A model generated the notes under the pieces. It made no database searches. It was not told the DNA's origin and saw only the letters and a program-made list of their open reading frames with translations. Both the position numbers and the translations under genes were made by a program. From positions 105,276,001-105,340,000 of the forward strand of contig OZ024743.1 in assembly GCA_964016885.1 (NCBI GenBank): DNA of 64,000 bases, written 5' to 3'. The DNA is from Eledone cirrhosa (Eukaryota). Shown here one piece after another: positions 11,726-24,059 of this stretch (positions are counted from its first letter, which is position 1; every line of letters starts with the position of its first letter).

Positions 11726-11895
11726 ATTGTTCTCCCGTGTTATTATTCCTTATTGAATTTTCGCCTATCATTTTCAATTTTGTGAGATTATATACCTCGT
11801 TATTTGGCTCACTTTAGTAAATAATACTATGGCGAAACCCTTTAGTTCAATACATATACACACACACATGCACACAGACCCCCCCCCCCCACACT

Positions 11896-11931
<36 letters not shown>

Positions 11932-11959
11932 AATGCATACATATACGTATATTTGTTAT

Positions 11960-12230
11960 TAGAGAGTTGGGTTTGCAATCATGAAATGGGGTTGTGAATT
12001 CAATTCTCGGATTGAGTGATACGTTGTGACCTGAGCAAGACAATTTATTTCACGTTGTGACGTCACTGGTGCTAAGCTGTATCGGCCATTGCCTTTCCCT
12101 TGGACAACATCGGTGGCGCGGAAAGGGGAGACAGGTATGCGTGTGTGATTGCTAGAATTCTACAACTACTTTGCACAGACTCGTGCCTCGGAGGAGAACT
12201 TTCTAGATGCAAATCCCATGTGTGTATATA
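11960..12230 (+). mobile_element. tRNA-derived CORE-like SINE with LINE-like tail
   Basis: Degenerate B-box GAATTCAATTCTC, CORE-like GTTGTGACCTGAGCAAGACAATTTATTTCAC, GC-richer tail. Confidence 0.6.
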
Positions 12231-12492
12231 AACGATCATAAGTGGGAAAAGCAGACTTGAAAGTCCCGACTGCATTTTCCCCGTGTAAGAACTCTCTTGG
12301 ATAATCAAAGTTAGGGTATCGTGTTTGTGTGTGTGCGTGTGCGTATGTGTATGTGTGTCTACACACATACATATATACATATATACATATATGTATATAT
12401 AAATAGGAAGACACAAAGCAGGCTTTGTTTACAAACGGCTAGCGAATTTGAAAATTAGGTAGTAACATGTGCTTATGCTGTATTTGACTAAA

Positions 12493-12559
<67 letters not shown>

Positions 12560-12568
12560 TTCGCTCTG

Positions 12569-12661
<93 letters not shown>

Positions 12662-12665
<4 letters not shown>

Positions 12666-12794
12666 ATATAAGATCAAAAGATGGTTCATCTTTTGATCTT
12701 ATATTATGCATACTCCAGTCCCACAAACTGTAGAGTGCTTCTTATCCGATATCTGCATTGCTTTATTGTACTACAATAAAACTCACCTCCTACA
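12662..12794 (+). repeat. Perfect 22-bp hairpin plus ~85-nt tail inserted in (TA)n
   Basis: CATAATATAAGATCAAAAGATG-GTT-CATCTTTTGATCTTATATTATG at 12662-12708. Confidence 0.85.
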
Positions 12795-12809
12795 TATATA
12801 TACATATGT

Positions 12810-12931
12810 ATATAAATTGAAATAAAATGAAAACGAAATTTCATTTCTCACTCTTAGTATGGCACTTACTTAAATGTAAGTATGCATGTATACGTACATA
12901 CATATATGTATACAGACGTACAGTAGCATGC

Positions 12932-12976
<45 letters not shown>

Positions 12977-13454
12977 TATACATATGCATACAGGTACACA
13001 TACATATATGCACGTATCAATTTAGCGGACGCTTATTATAACGCCGCTTTGTTCGTTTGTAAACAAACTGAACAGCCTGAATTTATGTCATACGGTGTTA
13101 AGGCAACCACGTCACCTTTTTGTTCAACACTGACACAGGAACGATTTAACTCACTCAATATGCAAATTAGGCTGCTCAGCCGTTAATTTTCATAAGGAAA
13201 GTATATACTTTCGAACGTTCAACTATCTGGCAGATGGGTAAACGGTGCTGATGATAGCTAACAAGCTTGAAACTAGTACATCGTTCCTGTGTCAGTGTTG
13301 AACAAAAAGGTGACGTGGTTGCCTTAACACCGTATGGCCTAAATTGAGGCTGTTCAGTTTGTTTACAAACGAACAAAGCGGCGTTATAATAAGCGTCCGC
13401 TAAACTGATACGTGCATATATGTATGTGTACCTGTATGCATATGTATATATATG

Positions 13455-13485
<31 letters not shown>

Positions 13486-13545
13486 TCATGCTACTGTACG
13501 TCTGTATACATATATGTATGTACGTATACATGCATAATTACATAT
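12810..13545. mobile_element. Fold-back HHR-containing non-coding element (same family as the 35136-35960 tandem)
   Basis: Inverted arms ~12885-13145 and 13280-13535. The spacer and HHR match 35338-35490. Confidence 0.85.
13243..13283 (+). ncRNA. Type I hammerhead ribozyme, canonical core
   Basis: cggtg-CTGATGA-t agc taacaa gct t-GAAA-cta-GTA-catcg. 5-bp stem I, palindromic minimal stem III (ACTAGT), predicted cleavage after A13278. Confidence 0.88.
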
Positions 13546-13575
13546 ATATATATATATATTAAAATAACAGATTAA

Positions 13576-13626
13576 AGTTTAAGCAAAGAATCGCTGCTTT
13601 CACCCTTAACGGGATCTTCTGAAACT
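13576..13626 (-). ncRNA. HHR-like motif, U4A core variant (mirror copy)
   Basis: Reverse complement of 17964-18014. Confidence 0.65.
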
Positions 13627-15145
13627 AACAAATTCAATCTGTGAACGCAGAAGTGAATATTTCAAAAAACGTTGCAATCGGAAGAAGACAGGAAGACGAT
13701 ACTTTGGTTCGTGGAAACGTTCCCTGGCAAAGAACGAGAAAAAACGAATATAATACGTCATTATTTGGAGCGGTAAAAAACAATTACACGAAAAGACAAA
13801 ACCACGTTTATGGTATAAAAGAAGTCGTAGACTAATATTCTATTAGGTGGTTCATAGGGACGTTCTCTGGCAATGAACGGAAAAACCGAAGATAATACGT
13901 CATATGTGGAGCGGGGAGAACAATTGCACGCAAAGACAAAATACGTAAATGGTATAACTGAAGTCGTAGAATAAAATTCTAACTAGGAAACCGAATGACT
14001 CTCAGCTTCAGAGTTAAGAATAAAGAAAATAAAATACAGATGTAAATGAAATTAAATAAATACATACACACATCCATATACTTACATACACAAGCATACG
14101 TGAAAACACTCGCCATAGGTATACAAATACACGCACGTACACACACAAAAAAAGAAAAAAACGCACACACATACAGAACCCACGCAAGGCCTGTACCCGC
14201 ACGCATACGAATGTATACACCAAATACACATAAAAATATATATAAAAAAAAATATATATATATATATATGTGTGTGCGTGTATATATATAATCAAATAAA
14301 CGTATATAAATAAATAAATACGTATATAACAAGCGCACACACATACCTACATATAAATACACTTATGTTCGGAGATGACGTCAACCAAAACACGAAGTAC
14401 ACATATACACACACACTACATACGTACGAACCCGCATACTCACACAGATGCAAAACTCACGTATACACATAATCAAAAGCATATGTACCAGAAAAAATAA
14501 TATATACGCCATAACATATACAATCAAATATACGTACGAGAAAGTATACGTACCTTCACAAAACATACAGGTAATATATACTTAGCTATACAAATAAGTA
14601 ATGGTATAAACATAACATATACTTAGCTACCACATCAACACGTAAAATATCCGCGTATAGTTCGTACTATACGTTAGGGCATAATGTGGGGCTGTAATTC
14701 AGGAAAGCTTTGTGCAATTTATGTTTACAAGCCGAAATTGCCTCAGATTTTTCGTTTAAGATGTGGTCTTTGGCGTAGAGTATTCCCAGGGCCTAAGCGT
14801 CACAGAGGTCACATGGTCTTTTATTTCCGTTATACGATCTAGCCCTAGCTAGGATCTCCCAGTGTAACTTATATTGGGTCTGGTTTTCTTTTAGACTCCA
14901 GATATAAGCTGAAAGTGACGTTATATTCCTTCTTAAAGGTAAAGAAAAGAATGGGTATGCATGTAAAGGCGCTGCTTGAATCTATTGGCGGTTAACCCTA
15001 TGTAGGCCTTACTGGACGTGGGTGTTTCAATGTTACTAGAGAGGCATTTCCTGGATAGGGGGCAGTCAATCCGATTCCTACAATTACGGTTAGTACTAAC
15101 TACAGGGTTGCACGTGTTCCTACGGCTAGGTAATTTACCTAAATT

Positions 15146-15844
15146 TTAAGCTGTGATGTTATGTGCAAGGTTAGGAGTCGTAGAGATAGAAATTTTAATA
15201 GTATTTCTATTAAAAATGTTACTATGTTTATATGTAGGGGGAAAATGCTTCATAATAAGGGAGAGAAAGATCTTAGCTAATGGTATGGCCACCTCCATAT
15301 TATATGGTGGGTTATACCATATAATGCGCCGGGATCTATTTCTTCTAGGTCTATTCTCGTACTCTGTATATGCTACCTTATAGACAAATCCACTACAAGC
15401 AAGAGCTTCATTGTAATATGTGGAATAGTCGTTGAAAATATGCTCGTTAGTAGATAGACGGCAAAGCCTCAAAGAAACGTTACTTACCAGGTTCTTGGTT
15501 ATGCTGGCGGGATGTTTAGAATGCTTACTTATGTAATTAAGCGTAACATTCGGCTTTCTATACGGATAATGTAAGCCATTCGATAAATTGGGGGTAACGT
15601 CGAGGTAATTAACGACTGAGAGGTTGACCTCAACCTGTATGGAGGGGTTGAAGCCTTTAAAGAAGGCTGTGACTTCTTTTCTGAACCTTTCACAAGCACG
15701 TGGGCCGCACTTAGTCATGGTCAAAAGACCATCATCACGGTACAAACCACCGCCCAAGTTGGGGAATTCTTCCTTGATAGAGAAAAGAAGGAAAAGGCCG
15801 ATAAAATCAGTAACCTTCGCAGAATCGCTGGCGCCCATACCCAC
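15146..15844 (-). pseudogene. PLE reverse transcriptase (palm/thumb) fragment
   Basis: 232-aa ORF with YRDD, YLDV and WYNPPY. Premature stop. Confidence 0.9.
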
Positions 15845-16117
15845 GTCGAATGGGGGGTACTATTAGATTTTTTAATCCAAATAGAGTCGTCGAAATTAAT
15901 CACCGATTTACGGGCATTGAGGATGACATCAACTTCGAAATGCTTAACCACTGTGAGTGTTTTAGCGAAATTGATAGCTCTAAGGAGAAGTGGTAAAGTG
16001 ATGGAGGATTAGTAATTATTGATGTCGAATTGGATAAAACAGCAATGTTCCTTGTTACATATGCCGTTGAACCAATCAATCACCGCGAAAGAATTGTTCC
16101 ACAGTGCAAGAGGGGCC

Positions 16118-18124
16118 AACGTTTCTTTGAGGCTTTGCCGTCTATCTACTAACGAGCATATTTTCAACGACCATTCCACATATTACAATGAAGCTCTTGC
16201 TCGTAGTGGATTTGTCGATAATGTAGCATATACAGAGTACGAGAATAGACCTAGAAGAAATAGATCTCGACGCATTATATGGTATAACCCACCATATAAT
16301 ATGGAGGTGGCCACACCATTAGCTAAGATCTTTCTCGCCCTTATTATGAAGCATTTTCCCCCTACACATAAACATAGTAACATTTTTAATAGAAATACTA
16401 TTAAAATTTCTTAATGTACGACTCCTAACCTTGCACATAACATCACAGCTTAAAATTTAGCTAAATTACCTAGCCGTAGGAACACGTGCAACCCTGTAGT
16501 TGGTACTAACTGTAATTGTAGGAATCGGGTTGACTGGCCCCTATCCAGGAAATGCCTCTCTAGTAACATTGTCTACAAATGTAAGGTTAAAACACCCACG
16601 TCCAGTAGGGCCTACATAGAGTTAACCGCCAATAGATTCAAGCAGCGTCTTACATGCATACACATTCTTTTCGTTACCCTTTAAGAAGGAATATGACGTC
16701 ACTTTCAGCTTATATCTGGAGTCTAAAAGACAACCAGACCCAATATAAGTTACACTGGGAGATCCTAGCTAGTGCTAGATCGTATAACGGAAACAAAAGA
16801 CCATGTGACCTCTGCGCCGCTGAGGGCCTGGGAATACTCTACGCCAAAGACCACATCTAAAACAAAAATTCTGAGGCAATTTCTGCTAGTAAACATAAAT
16901 TGCACAAAACTCTCCCGTATTACAGCCCCACATTATACCCTAACGGATACTATGAACTATACGCGGATAATTTACGTCTTGATGTGGTAGCTAAGTATAT
17001 GTTATGTTTATACCATTACTTATTTGTATAGGTAAGTATATATTACCTGTATGTTTTGTGAAGGTACGTATACTTTCTCGTACGTATATTTGATTGTATA
17101 TGTTATGGCGTATATATTATTTTTTCTGGTACATATGCTTTTGGTTATGTGTATACGTGAGTTTTGCGTCTGTGTGAGTATGAGGGTTCGTAGGTATGTA
17201 GGGTGTGTGTATATGTGTACTTCGTGTTTTGGTTGACGTCATCTCCGAACATATGTGATTTTACATGTAGGTTTGTGTGTGCGCTTGTTATATACGTATT
17301 TATTTATTTATATACGTTTATTTGATTATATGTATACACACACATATATATATATATATTTTTTTTTTTAATATATATATTTGTGTATTTGGTGTATACA
17401 TTCGTATGCGTGCGGGTACAGGGGTTGCGTGGATTCTTTATGTGTGTGCGTTTTTTTCTTTTTTTTGTGTTTACGTGCGTGTATTTGTATACCTATGGCG
17501 AGTGTTTTCGCGTATACTTGTGTATGTACGTATATGGATGCGTGTATGTATTTATTTAATTTCATTTACCTCTGTATTTTATTTACTTTATTCTTAACTC
17601 TGAAGCCGAGAATCATTCGGTTTCCTAGTTAGAATTTTAGTCTGTGACTTCAGTTAAACCATTTACGTGATTTTGTCTTTGCGTGCAATTGTTCTCCCCG
17701 CTCCACACATGACGTATTATCTTCGTTTTTTCCGTTCATTGCCAGAGAACGTCTCTATGAACCACCTTCTTTTATTCCATAAACGTGGTTTTGTCTTTGC
17801 GTGTAATTGTTTTTCACCGCTCCAAATAATGACGTATTATATTCGTTTTTTCTCGTTCTTTGCCAGCGAACGTTTCCACGAACCAAAGTATCGTCTTCCT
17901 GTCTTCCTCCGGTTGCAACGTTTTTTGAAATATTCACTTCTGCGTTCACAGATTGCATTTGTTAGTTTCAGAAGATCCCGTTAAGGGTGAAAGCAGCGAT
18001 TCTTTGCTTAAACTTTAATCTGTTATTTTAATAAATATTTGCTCTACGGTTCTTATATATTTTATATATATTTATCCTTATCGAGCCCTCTTTGGATTTT
18101 AGTCTTCAAATTTATTATTATTAC

Positions 18125-18125
<1 letters not shown>
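16118..18125 (+). mobile_element. Penelope-like element, 3' portion (thumb, CxCx5Cx5C linker, GIY-YIG, 3' UTR, pLTR); right half of the inverted structure
   Basis: Mirror of 13559-15481. Reads CNCRNRVD.P..KC, VYKC, FKQRL..H.HSF, TSLSAYIWSLKD, CDLC..E. Ends in (TA)n. Confidence 0.92.
17964..18014 (+). ncRNA. HHR-like motif in a PLE pLTR, U4A core variant
   Basis: agttt-CAGAAGA-t ccc gttaa ggg t-GAAA-gca..tgc-TT-aaact. Confidence 0.7.
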
Positions 18126-18170
<45 letters not shown>

Positions 18171-18399
18171 TATGAGTGAGTGTGTCTATGCAAATTTCGT
18201 TACATTCACACGCATTTATTTATAATTTTGTTTTATTTCAAACACAGATAAACACACACGCACACATATTAATGTATGCATGATACTTTGTATATGCAGT
18301 TGTTAGTGTTCAAGTGAAATATCTATTGGACCTCTTCTGGCGAACTATATTCCAGTCTATTGATAAGCGGAACATCTTGCTCTTGAAATTAACTTGCAT

Positions 18400-18645
18400 G
18401 TGACTGAAGATTCCGTATACACAGGTACCCTAAACAGATTTCTCAGTAACATATCGTGTTAAAATATGTGTAATATGTCTAGCTCTTTGACATATAAGTA
18501 TGACTAATTTTTGCCGGCTGAATGGGCTGGTTTATCATGAAATACTGTTTCTTGCTGAAGAATAAAATCCGAAGATGAGAATCGAACTCATGACTCACGA
18601 CTTTACATTCGTTAGCCGAACATACTAAACATTAAGACAGGCGTT
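18400..18645 (-). mobile_element. Decayed tRNA-derived SINE
   Basis: Minus strand has B-box GAGTTCGATTCTC at ~18576-18590 after an A-box-like head. Confidence 0.5.
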
Positions 18646-19395
18646 TTCACCAAATGAAAACAGAAAGAAAATAAATATGTGTGAAAGTAAGGAAAATGTA
18701 TAAGACAGACATTGATTGATTTGGACACCGAATACAACGTATCGATTTTCTTTTTCAGTTGTCAGATGGATTACTTTACTAAAAGGAATCGATACAAAAA
18801 TTAAGTTACAGATTTTTATTTAAAAGACAAACAGGAGATGGACGTAATACAGACAATCGCGCTAGTGTCGACATTTTTTTAGGGTTCTATAAATACGACT
18901 TATCTATGTTTAGTATTGGAAGAAAAGTATTATTGGGACCTCTAGCAATTCGTATATAGTTTATTATTTTGTTATCTAGAGAGTCTCAATCAATGAACAA
19001 CAATAGCAGTTAGTTGAGGATTGCTGTTGGTGTTATTCATTCGACACTGGTTTATTTGAATGTGTCGTGATGGTTATATCGAAAGAAGAAAAGAAAAAAA
19101 TATATAGGACTAAATTTGACAGTTTTGTGTTGATTTGAGTGCTGGCTGCCATTACAACACTGGCACTTGAAGACTTAACGTGTTAAGATATTTAAGATAG
19201 ACAAAGAAGAATAAAAGATTGTCCAGCCAGAACGTAACGTTTCAAGTTTATTGAGTCTGTTAACAGTTTCTACTGACTATTTGATCATTTGATCGACTGC
19301 CTTGCCTACAAAAGCTTTAGTTGTCCAAACCAAATGTGTTAGACAGACTGTGAAAGAAGGAAAGTACTATACATACCAACAAATACACGCAAAAC

Positions 19396-19438
<43 letters not shown>

Positions 19439-20197
19439 TATATTTATAGAGAGAGAGAGAGAGAAAGAGAGCGAGAGAGAGAAAGAGAGAGAGGGAGCGT
19501 GTGTGTATTTGTGTGTGTAAGAGAACAAAAGTAAATATGCTCATATCAATATCTTCAAAACAGTATCTCTAGTTTTCACAAAAGTATTGTTAGATATTTT
19601 ACAGCCTATTTAAACGAATAAATAACTGAAGTTTTCAAGTTGAACTTAATCAGGTAAATATACAATATAATTTATTGCACGAATATTGTATTAGAACTGT
19701 AAAACAACCGCGTTTATAGCAACTGCGTAGCAGTGAAGAATAAAGTTACAAAATTGTGTTTAATATACATTATACTTCAGACAGGTTTTATAACTTTGAT
19801 CCTTTAATTATTGAGTGAAATGTCAGGCAACAAGTAATGCATTCTAATACAATTAATACCTATTGCAAAATTCAATAGATTATATTCCAAACAACGGGGA
19901 TGCAAAATGACAGTAAACTTTGAGTCTAAATTCACTGTAAATCTCTCTGTCCCTGGAGAGCACATCGCATTAAATGTGCTATAGTTGAGCTAGATGTTGC
20001 ATTTGTTTTGGGAGCTGTTTCTTAACCACAAATCAGCACTGATCTAACAAGTTATAATCAAAGTTATTCCGCCATGACCATAAGATAGCTTTTCTATGTA
20101 AAAGAAACCTAGGGCCGCATTATCCTACGTGTAAAATTATATAACAGGGAGGATCGGAGGAATTGAAATTACCTTTCAAACACACACACACACACAC

Positions 20198-20276
<79 letters not shown>

Positions 20277-20297
20277 GGTGTGTGTATATCTATCTAT

Positions 20298-21240
20298 CTG
20301 GCATATCGAATGTACTCAAGCGCTCACAGTCCTCTGGCAAACGGACCCGGCGATCAGTGGAGACTCCACTTCGACATTCTATAGAGGGTTGGTCCGCAGC
20401 AAGTGCTACGACACGCTCGGAGAAACTCTAGAGGAGGATGAACTGGCCAGTCTGTTTGGTAGGACCCTCCGCCCGGGACCAATGGACAACTTGCAAAAGT
20501 CCCTGGCCTGGCAGTGCTACCGAGGAGCTCTACCAGTTCGAGACAAGCTCTACAGACACGGGCGCCCGGGTAGGGACCCTTCGAAAAAGATCTATCTGAG
20601 ATGCGTGCGCGACGAGGAAACCGTCGCACACACATTTGTACACTGCTCGGGCGTTACCAACCTGTGGGGCTATGTAGAACGACTATTGTCGCGGGTGGGA
20701 CCAATCCAGTTGACCAGCGAGTCCATTGTCATGATCAAACCGCCACCCTCCTTCAAAAACGAGGGAGAGGCGGTTTTCCTATGTGTTATGGCTATGGTGA
20801 AAGAGGTTATATGGTGGACGAGGTTAAAAGGGCTGAGGTCAGACACCTTTCTCTCCGGCGAGCAACTGATTCGTTTTTTCAAATATCATTTTGGAAGAAG
20901 AATCAGGATGGAGAGAGAGGTCCTATACCCCAGCAAATTTTATAAAAGGTGGGTGAAAGAGGCAATAATGGCCCGAGTATTTGGCCCTCTCTCTATATAA
21001 GCCTGTAGGTTGAGGAAAAAGAGGAAGAGAGGAAGGGAGTACTCACTCTTGGTGCTCCTGGAGATGAGGGTTGTACATTTTTTCGGGGTGTGTACAACCC
21101 CTGTGTAACACCTCCCCCTTATTGTGGATTTCAATTGTTATTTGTTGTTTTATTAATAGTTTTATTTTCATATACCTGTATGTAAACTCCCCATTTGTAT
21201 TTGTACCCTTCTTTTGTGCCTTTGTGGCTAATAAAGAAAT
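20298..21240 (+). mobile_element. 5'-truncated Tx1-like LINE (ORF2 C-terminus plus 3' UTR), copy 2
   Basis: QKSLAWQCYRGALPVRDKLYRH and ETVAH..HC. 3' UTR has hairpins and AATAAAGAAA. Flanked by TATC/TCTC repeats. Confidence 0.92.
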
Positions 21241-22222
21241 TTATCTCTCTCTCTCTATATATAAATAAGTTCTACATACATGCACAGATAAACATCAGTA
21301 CTCATTCATTTACGACCCCGAATATATAAATAAACTATATAGACTGTATAGACCACGTGTAATGTCGCGGCAAGTTTTAAGTATCATCGATTGTAAACTA
21401 CGAAGAAATAGACATTGATGAATTTATCATTATGGTACTTCTATTCGGTAAATCAGTTTGAGTTATTGGAATGAAAATATAAAGAAAAAAGGAAATGAAA
21501 TGATCACATAACTAAGGTATAGAGGTATTGAAGTGGTGATGCATATGATTAAACCCGCTGTTTGAGTTTTATTGTGCATTCACAATGCTTTCACACACAC
21601 ATAGAGAAACAGTCTTTAATGAATGAACATCTCTTTTAAGTGCACTTCTACTCAACAATATTATACTTGTGAATTATCTGAACTGGGTCACATATAACAA
21701 AATATTGACCAGCTTAGACACGGTGATTTTACAACGGATTTACACTTACAAATTCTCGCTACTTTCACTGCTACATTGATTGAAATAATTCCGTTGAAAT
21801 GTACAAAACTAACACATTTACTTTACATTCATTTAGATTTAACAAAGACAATAACATAAGTCAATGACTGACCTTCACTAATTCTGATGGTGGTTTCTGA
21901 AGTAGCGCTAGAAGCAAGTGAAAATGACGTGTAACTCGAAATACAATTAATTGATAAAAGGTCCATGAAGCTGTCGATTCATTACAGTGTGCATCATTAC
22001 CTGGCATATATAATGATTATATATATATATACTAGCAGTTTAGCCCGGCGTTGCTCGGGTTTGTTCATTTGCTATGAAAAGTTACATACAGGTAAACGTT
22101 GTTTGAAAGCGAATAAGCTTATCAATTAAGTGCATAAAGCAGTTGAACCGGTTATTAAAAGTTACGAACCAATTAGCATTTTGGTCAATCAATGATGGGT
22201 TAATAATCTTCCAATAGCGAAT

Positions 22223-24055
22223 TTAGTAGACCGGGAATTGTGATCGCCGGAAATCGAACGGGATATCTGACGCCGAGGGGAAAAGGTTCATCCTTGGAAT
22301 GAAAACATACTCCCCTCTTCCACACCCCGTTACAATGGTGGCCTCAATCAGGTGGGTGTCAGTGACTTGACGACCATGCGAGTACCGTTGCACTGCTTTG
22401 GTGGACGCAAGTTCCTTATTAGCATAATGACAGCCAACCCTAAGCTTAATAATGTGAGGTGGGAGCCCTGGGAGCTCAAGGAGATTTAATAACTCAACCG
22501 GATAATTAACGATATCGTCGGGGTCTGATTTGAAGATGTGCTCTTTACCGGGAATCTTCTCAATCAGCTGCTCGTTAATAAGATTAACCATGGTATTTTT
22601 CGGAGCAAGGATGGCTCTTTCGCTGAGCCAATCGAGGTTTTTAAAGTTAGATGAGACATTAGGAAAAACTGCTTCCCAAAGGTCCGAAGGGCTGCTCACA
22701 ATGTTGCACAGGGTGTCGATTGCTATGCCGCCCTTGTCATCCGCAGGGATCTTGCCCTCACCAAGTGCTAAAATGTTCTGTGCTGCAGACATGTTGTCAG
22801 CATGCAAATGAGCACGCATATTTGTGCTCAGGTACAAACTATTCACCTGGAGCCACAACATGGACGACTTAAGAGAGGCACGCACTTCATCAGCTCTTGT
22901 CCATTTGGGGATGACAGGCAGCGTTTTCCGAAAATCCCCTGATAGCAGAAGGGTTACGCCACCGATAGGAGCCGTAGAATCCCTAATGTCTTTCCGGGCC
23001 TCGTCCAATGCCTCAAGGGCACCCTTGTGTGCCATTGTGCACTCATCCCAAACAATGAGGCAACATCTTTTGAGAACCAGAGCTTTGTGTGAACTCTTGC
23101 TGATATTGCATGTTGGTGTCTCAGTTTTTACTAAATCCAAAGGGAGTTTAAAGGTTGAATGTGCTGTCCTGCCTCCCGGCAGCAAAGTAGCAGCGATCCC
23201 GGACGATGCAACGGACAACGCAACTTTTTTCTCCTGACGAATCTTAGCGAGAATCAAATTCGTTACAAAAGTTTTTCCGGTACCCCCAGGATCGTTTTTT
23301 ATTGGGGGGATCAGGTTTTTTTGGGGGGACCTTGAGGTATAACCAGTCAGTAGTTCCTTCAAAGGCTCTGGCGGTTCCGTAAGAGGGGGCAAGGTGACCT
23401 TACCGTTTAAGCAGCACATTGCAGGTGGCTCCCCAGCCCACTTTGTAGCATTGCAGATTTGGCAATTGAAGCGTATCTCGCCTATATTTATGTCAGAGCG
23501 CATCGAGTAATTAACGTTTTGCTCATACTTGAAAGCCCGTAGGTGCCAGTAAGGGCTGTTGGGGCTCGTCACACAGCGTGCAGCTTCTCGCCGTCGACTG
23601 TTACGCTTGAACGTAGAACATTGGTCGTGTGGTTGGTGGGAAGGTCTGGCAGCAATAGCAGAAGCAACATTTGCAATGCTAATGGACCGCCCGTCTGCAT
23701 CTTCAGAAGCCATGGAAGTAATCATAGCCGCAGCGTTCGTAGGAAGGCGAGCCGTCCGTTGTTTTAAACGTTCCAAAGACCTGGAAGCAGCATTAGTCGC
23801 ATCGTTTCTAACCAGGTGCTTCGACCTTTGTTCACGGCTTTCTGAAGCCCTGGAAGAAGCCTGGTATGAAGCCATTTTGGCTAGGCGTGCGGTGCGCTGT
23901 TGGAAACTTTCAGTGGCTCGACATTCTGCTGAACATAAGGCTGTCTGTGAAAGTCTTGAAGCATTTTCCTCAGAGGACTCGTTTGCTATAGTAGCCTTTT
24001 GCGCCACTGCTGACGCGGTATGTCGACTGAGGCGACTTCTCTTTTTAGGTGGCAT
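22223..24055 (-). CDS. Truncated RepHel: N-terminal helical repeats and Zn-finger fused in frame to a PIF1-like helicase; Rep/HUH domain missing
   Basis: MPPKKRS start; C..C.A.KW.GE...CC..GK zinc finger; PGGTGKTF, SSGIAATLL.GGRTAHS, WDE, GDFR, LSTNMR, RAILAP, LPPH. Frameshifted near the C-terminus. Confidence 0.85.
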   Translation of the reverse strand: MPPKKRSRLSRHTASAVAQKATIANESSEENASRLSQTALCSAECRATESFQQRTARLAKMASYQASSRASESREQRSKHLVRNDATNAASRSLERLKQRTARLPTNAAAMITSMASEDADGRSISIANVASAIAARPSHQPHDQCSTFKRNSRRREAARCVTSPNSPYWHLRAFKYEQNVNYSMRSDINIGEIRFNCQICNATKWAGEPPAMCCLNGKVTLPPLTEPPEPLKELLTGYTSRSPQKNLIPPIKNDPGGTGKTFVTNLILAKIRQEKKVALSVASSGIAATLLPGGRTAHSTFKLPLDLVKTETPTCNISKSSHKALVLKRCCLIVWDECTMAHKGALEALDEARKDIRDSTAPIGGVTLLLSGDFRKTLPVIPKWTRADEVRASLKSSMLWLQVNSLYLSTNMRAHLHADNMSAAQNILALGEGKIPADDKGGIAIDTLCNIVSSPSDLWEAVFPNVSSNFKNLDWLSERAILAPKNTMVNLINEQLIEKIPGKEHIFKSDPDDIVNYPVELLNLLELPGLPPHIIKLRVGCHYANKELASTKAVQRYSHGRQVTDTHLIEATIVTGCGRGEYVFIPRMNLFPSASDIPFDFRRSQFPVY

Positions 24056-24059
24056 TTTA

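Larger units (their letters stand above)
13559..16117 (-). mobile_element. Penelope-like element (RT + C-terminal GIY-YIG), 5'-truncated, decayed; left half of the inverted structure
   Basis: MGASDSAKVTDFIG, GGLYRDDGL, NYLDVT, IIWYNPPY, then linker and endonuclease remnants, a long 3' UTR, and a pLTR carrying an HHR. Confidence 0.92.

Noticed and set aside
16019-16414. 131-aa ORF as a separate gene
   Set aside because: It is a chimera across the PLE inversion junction (antisense RT plus sense thumb).
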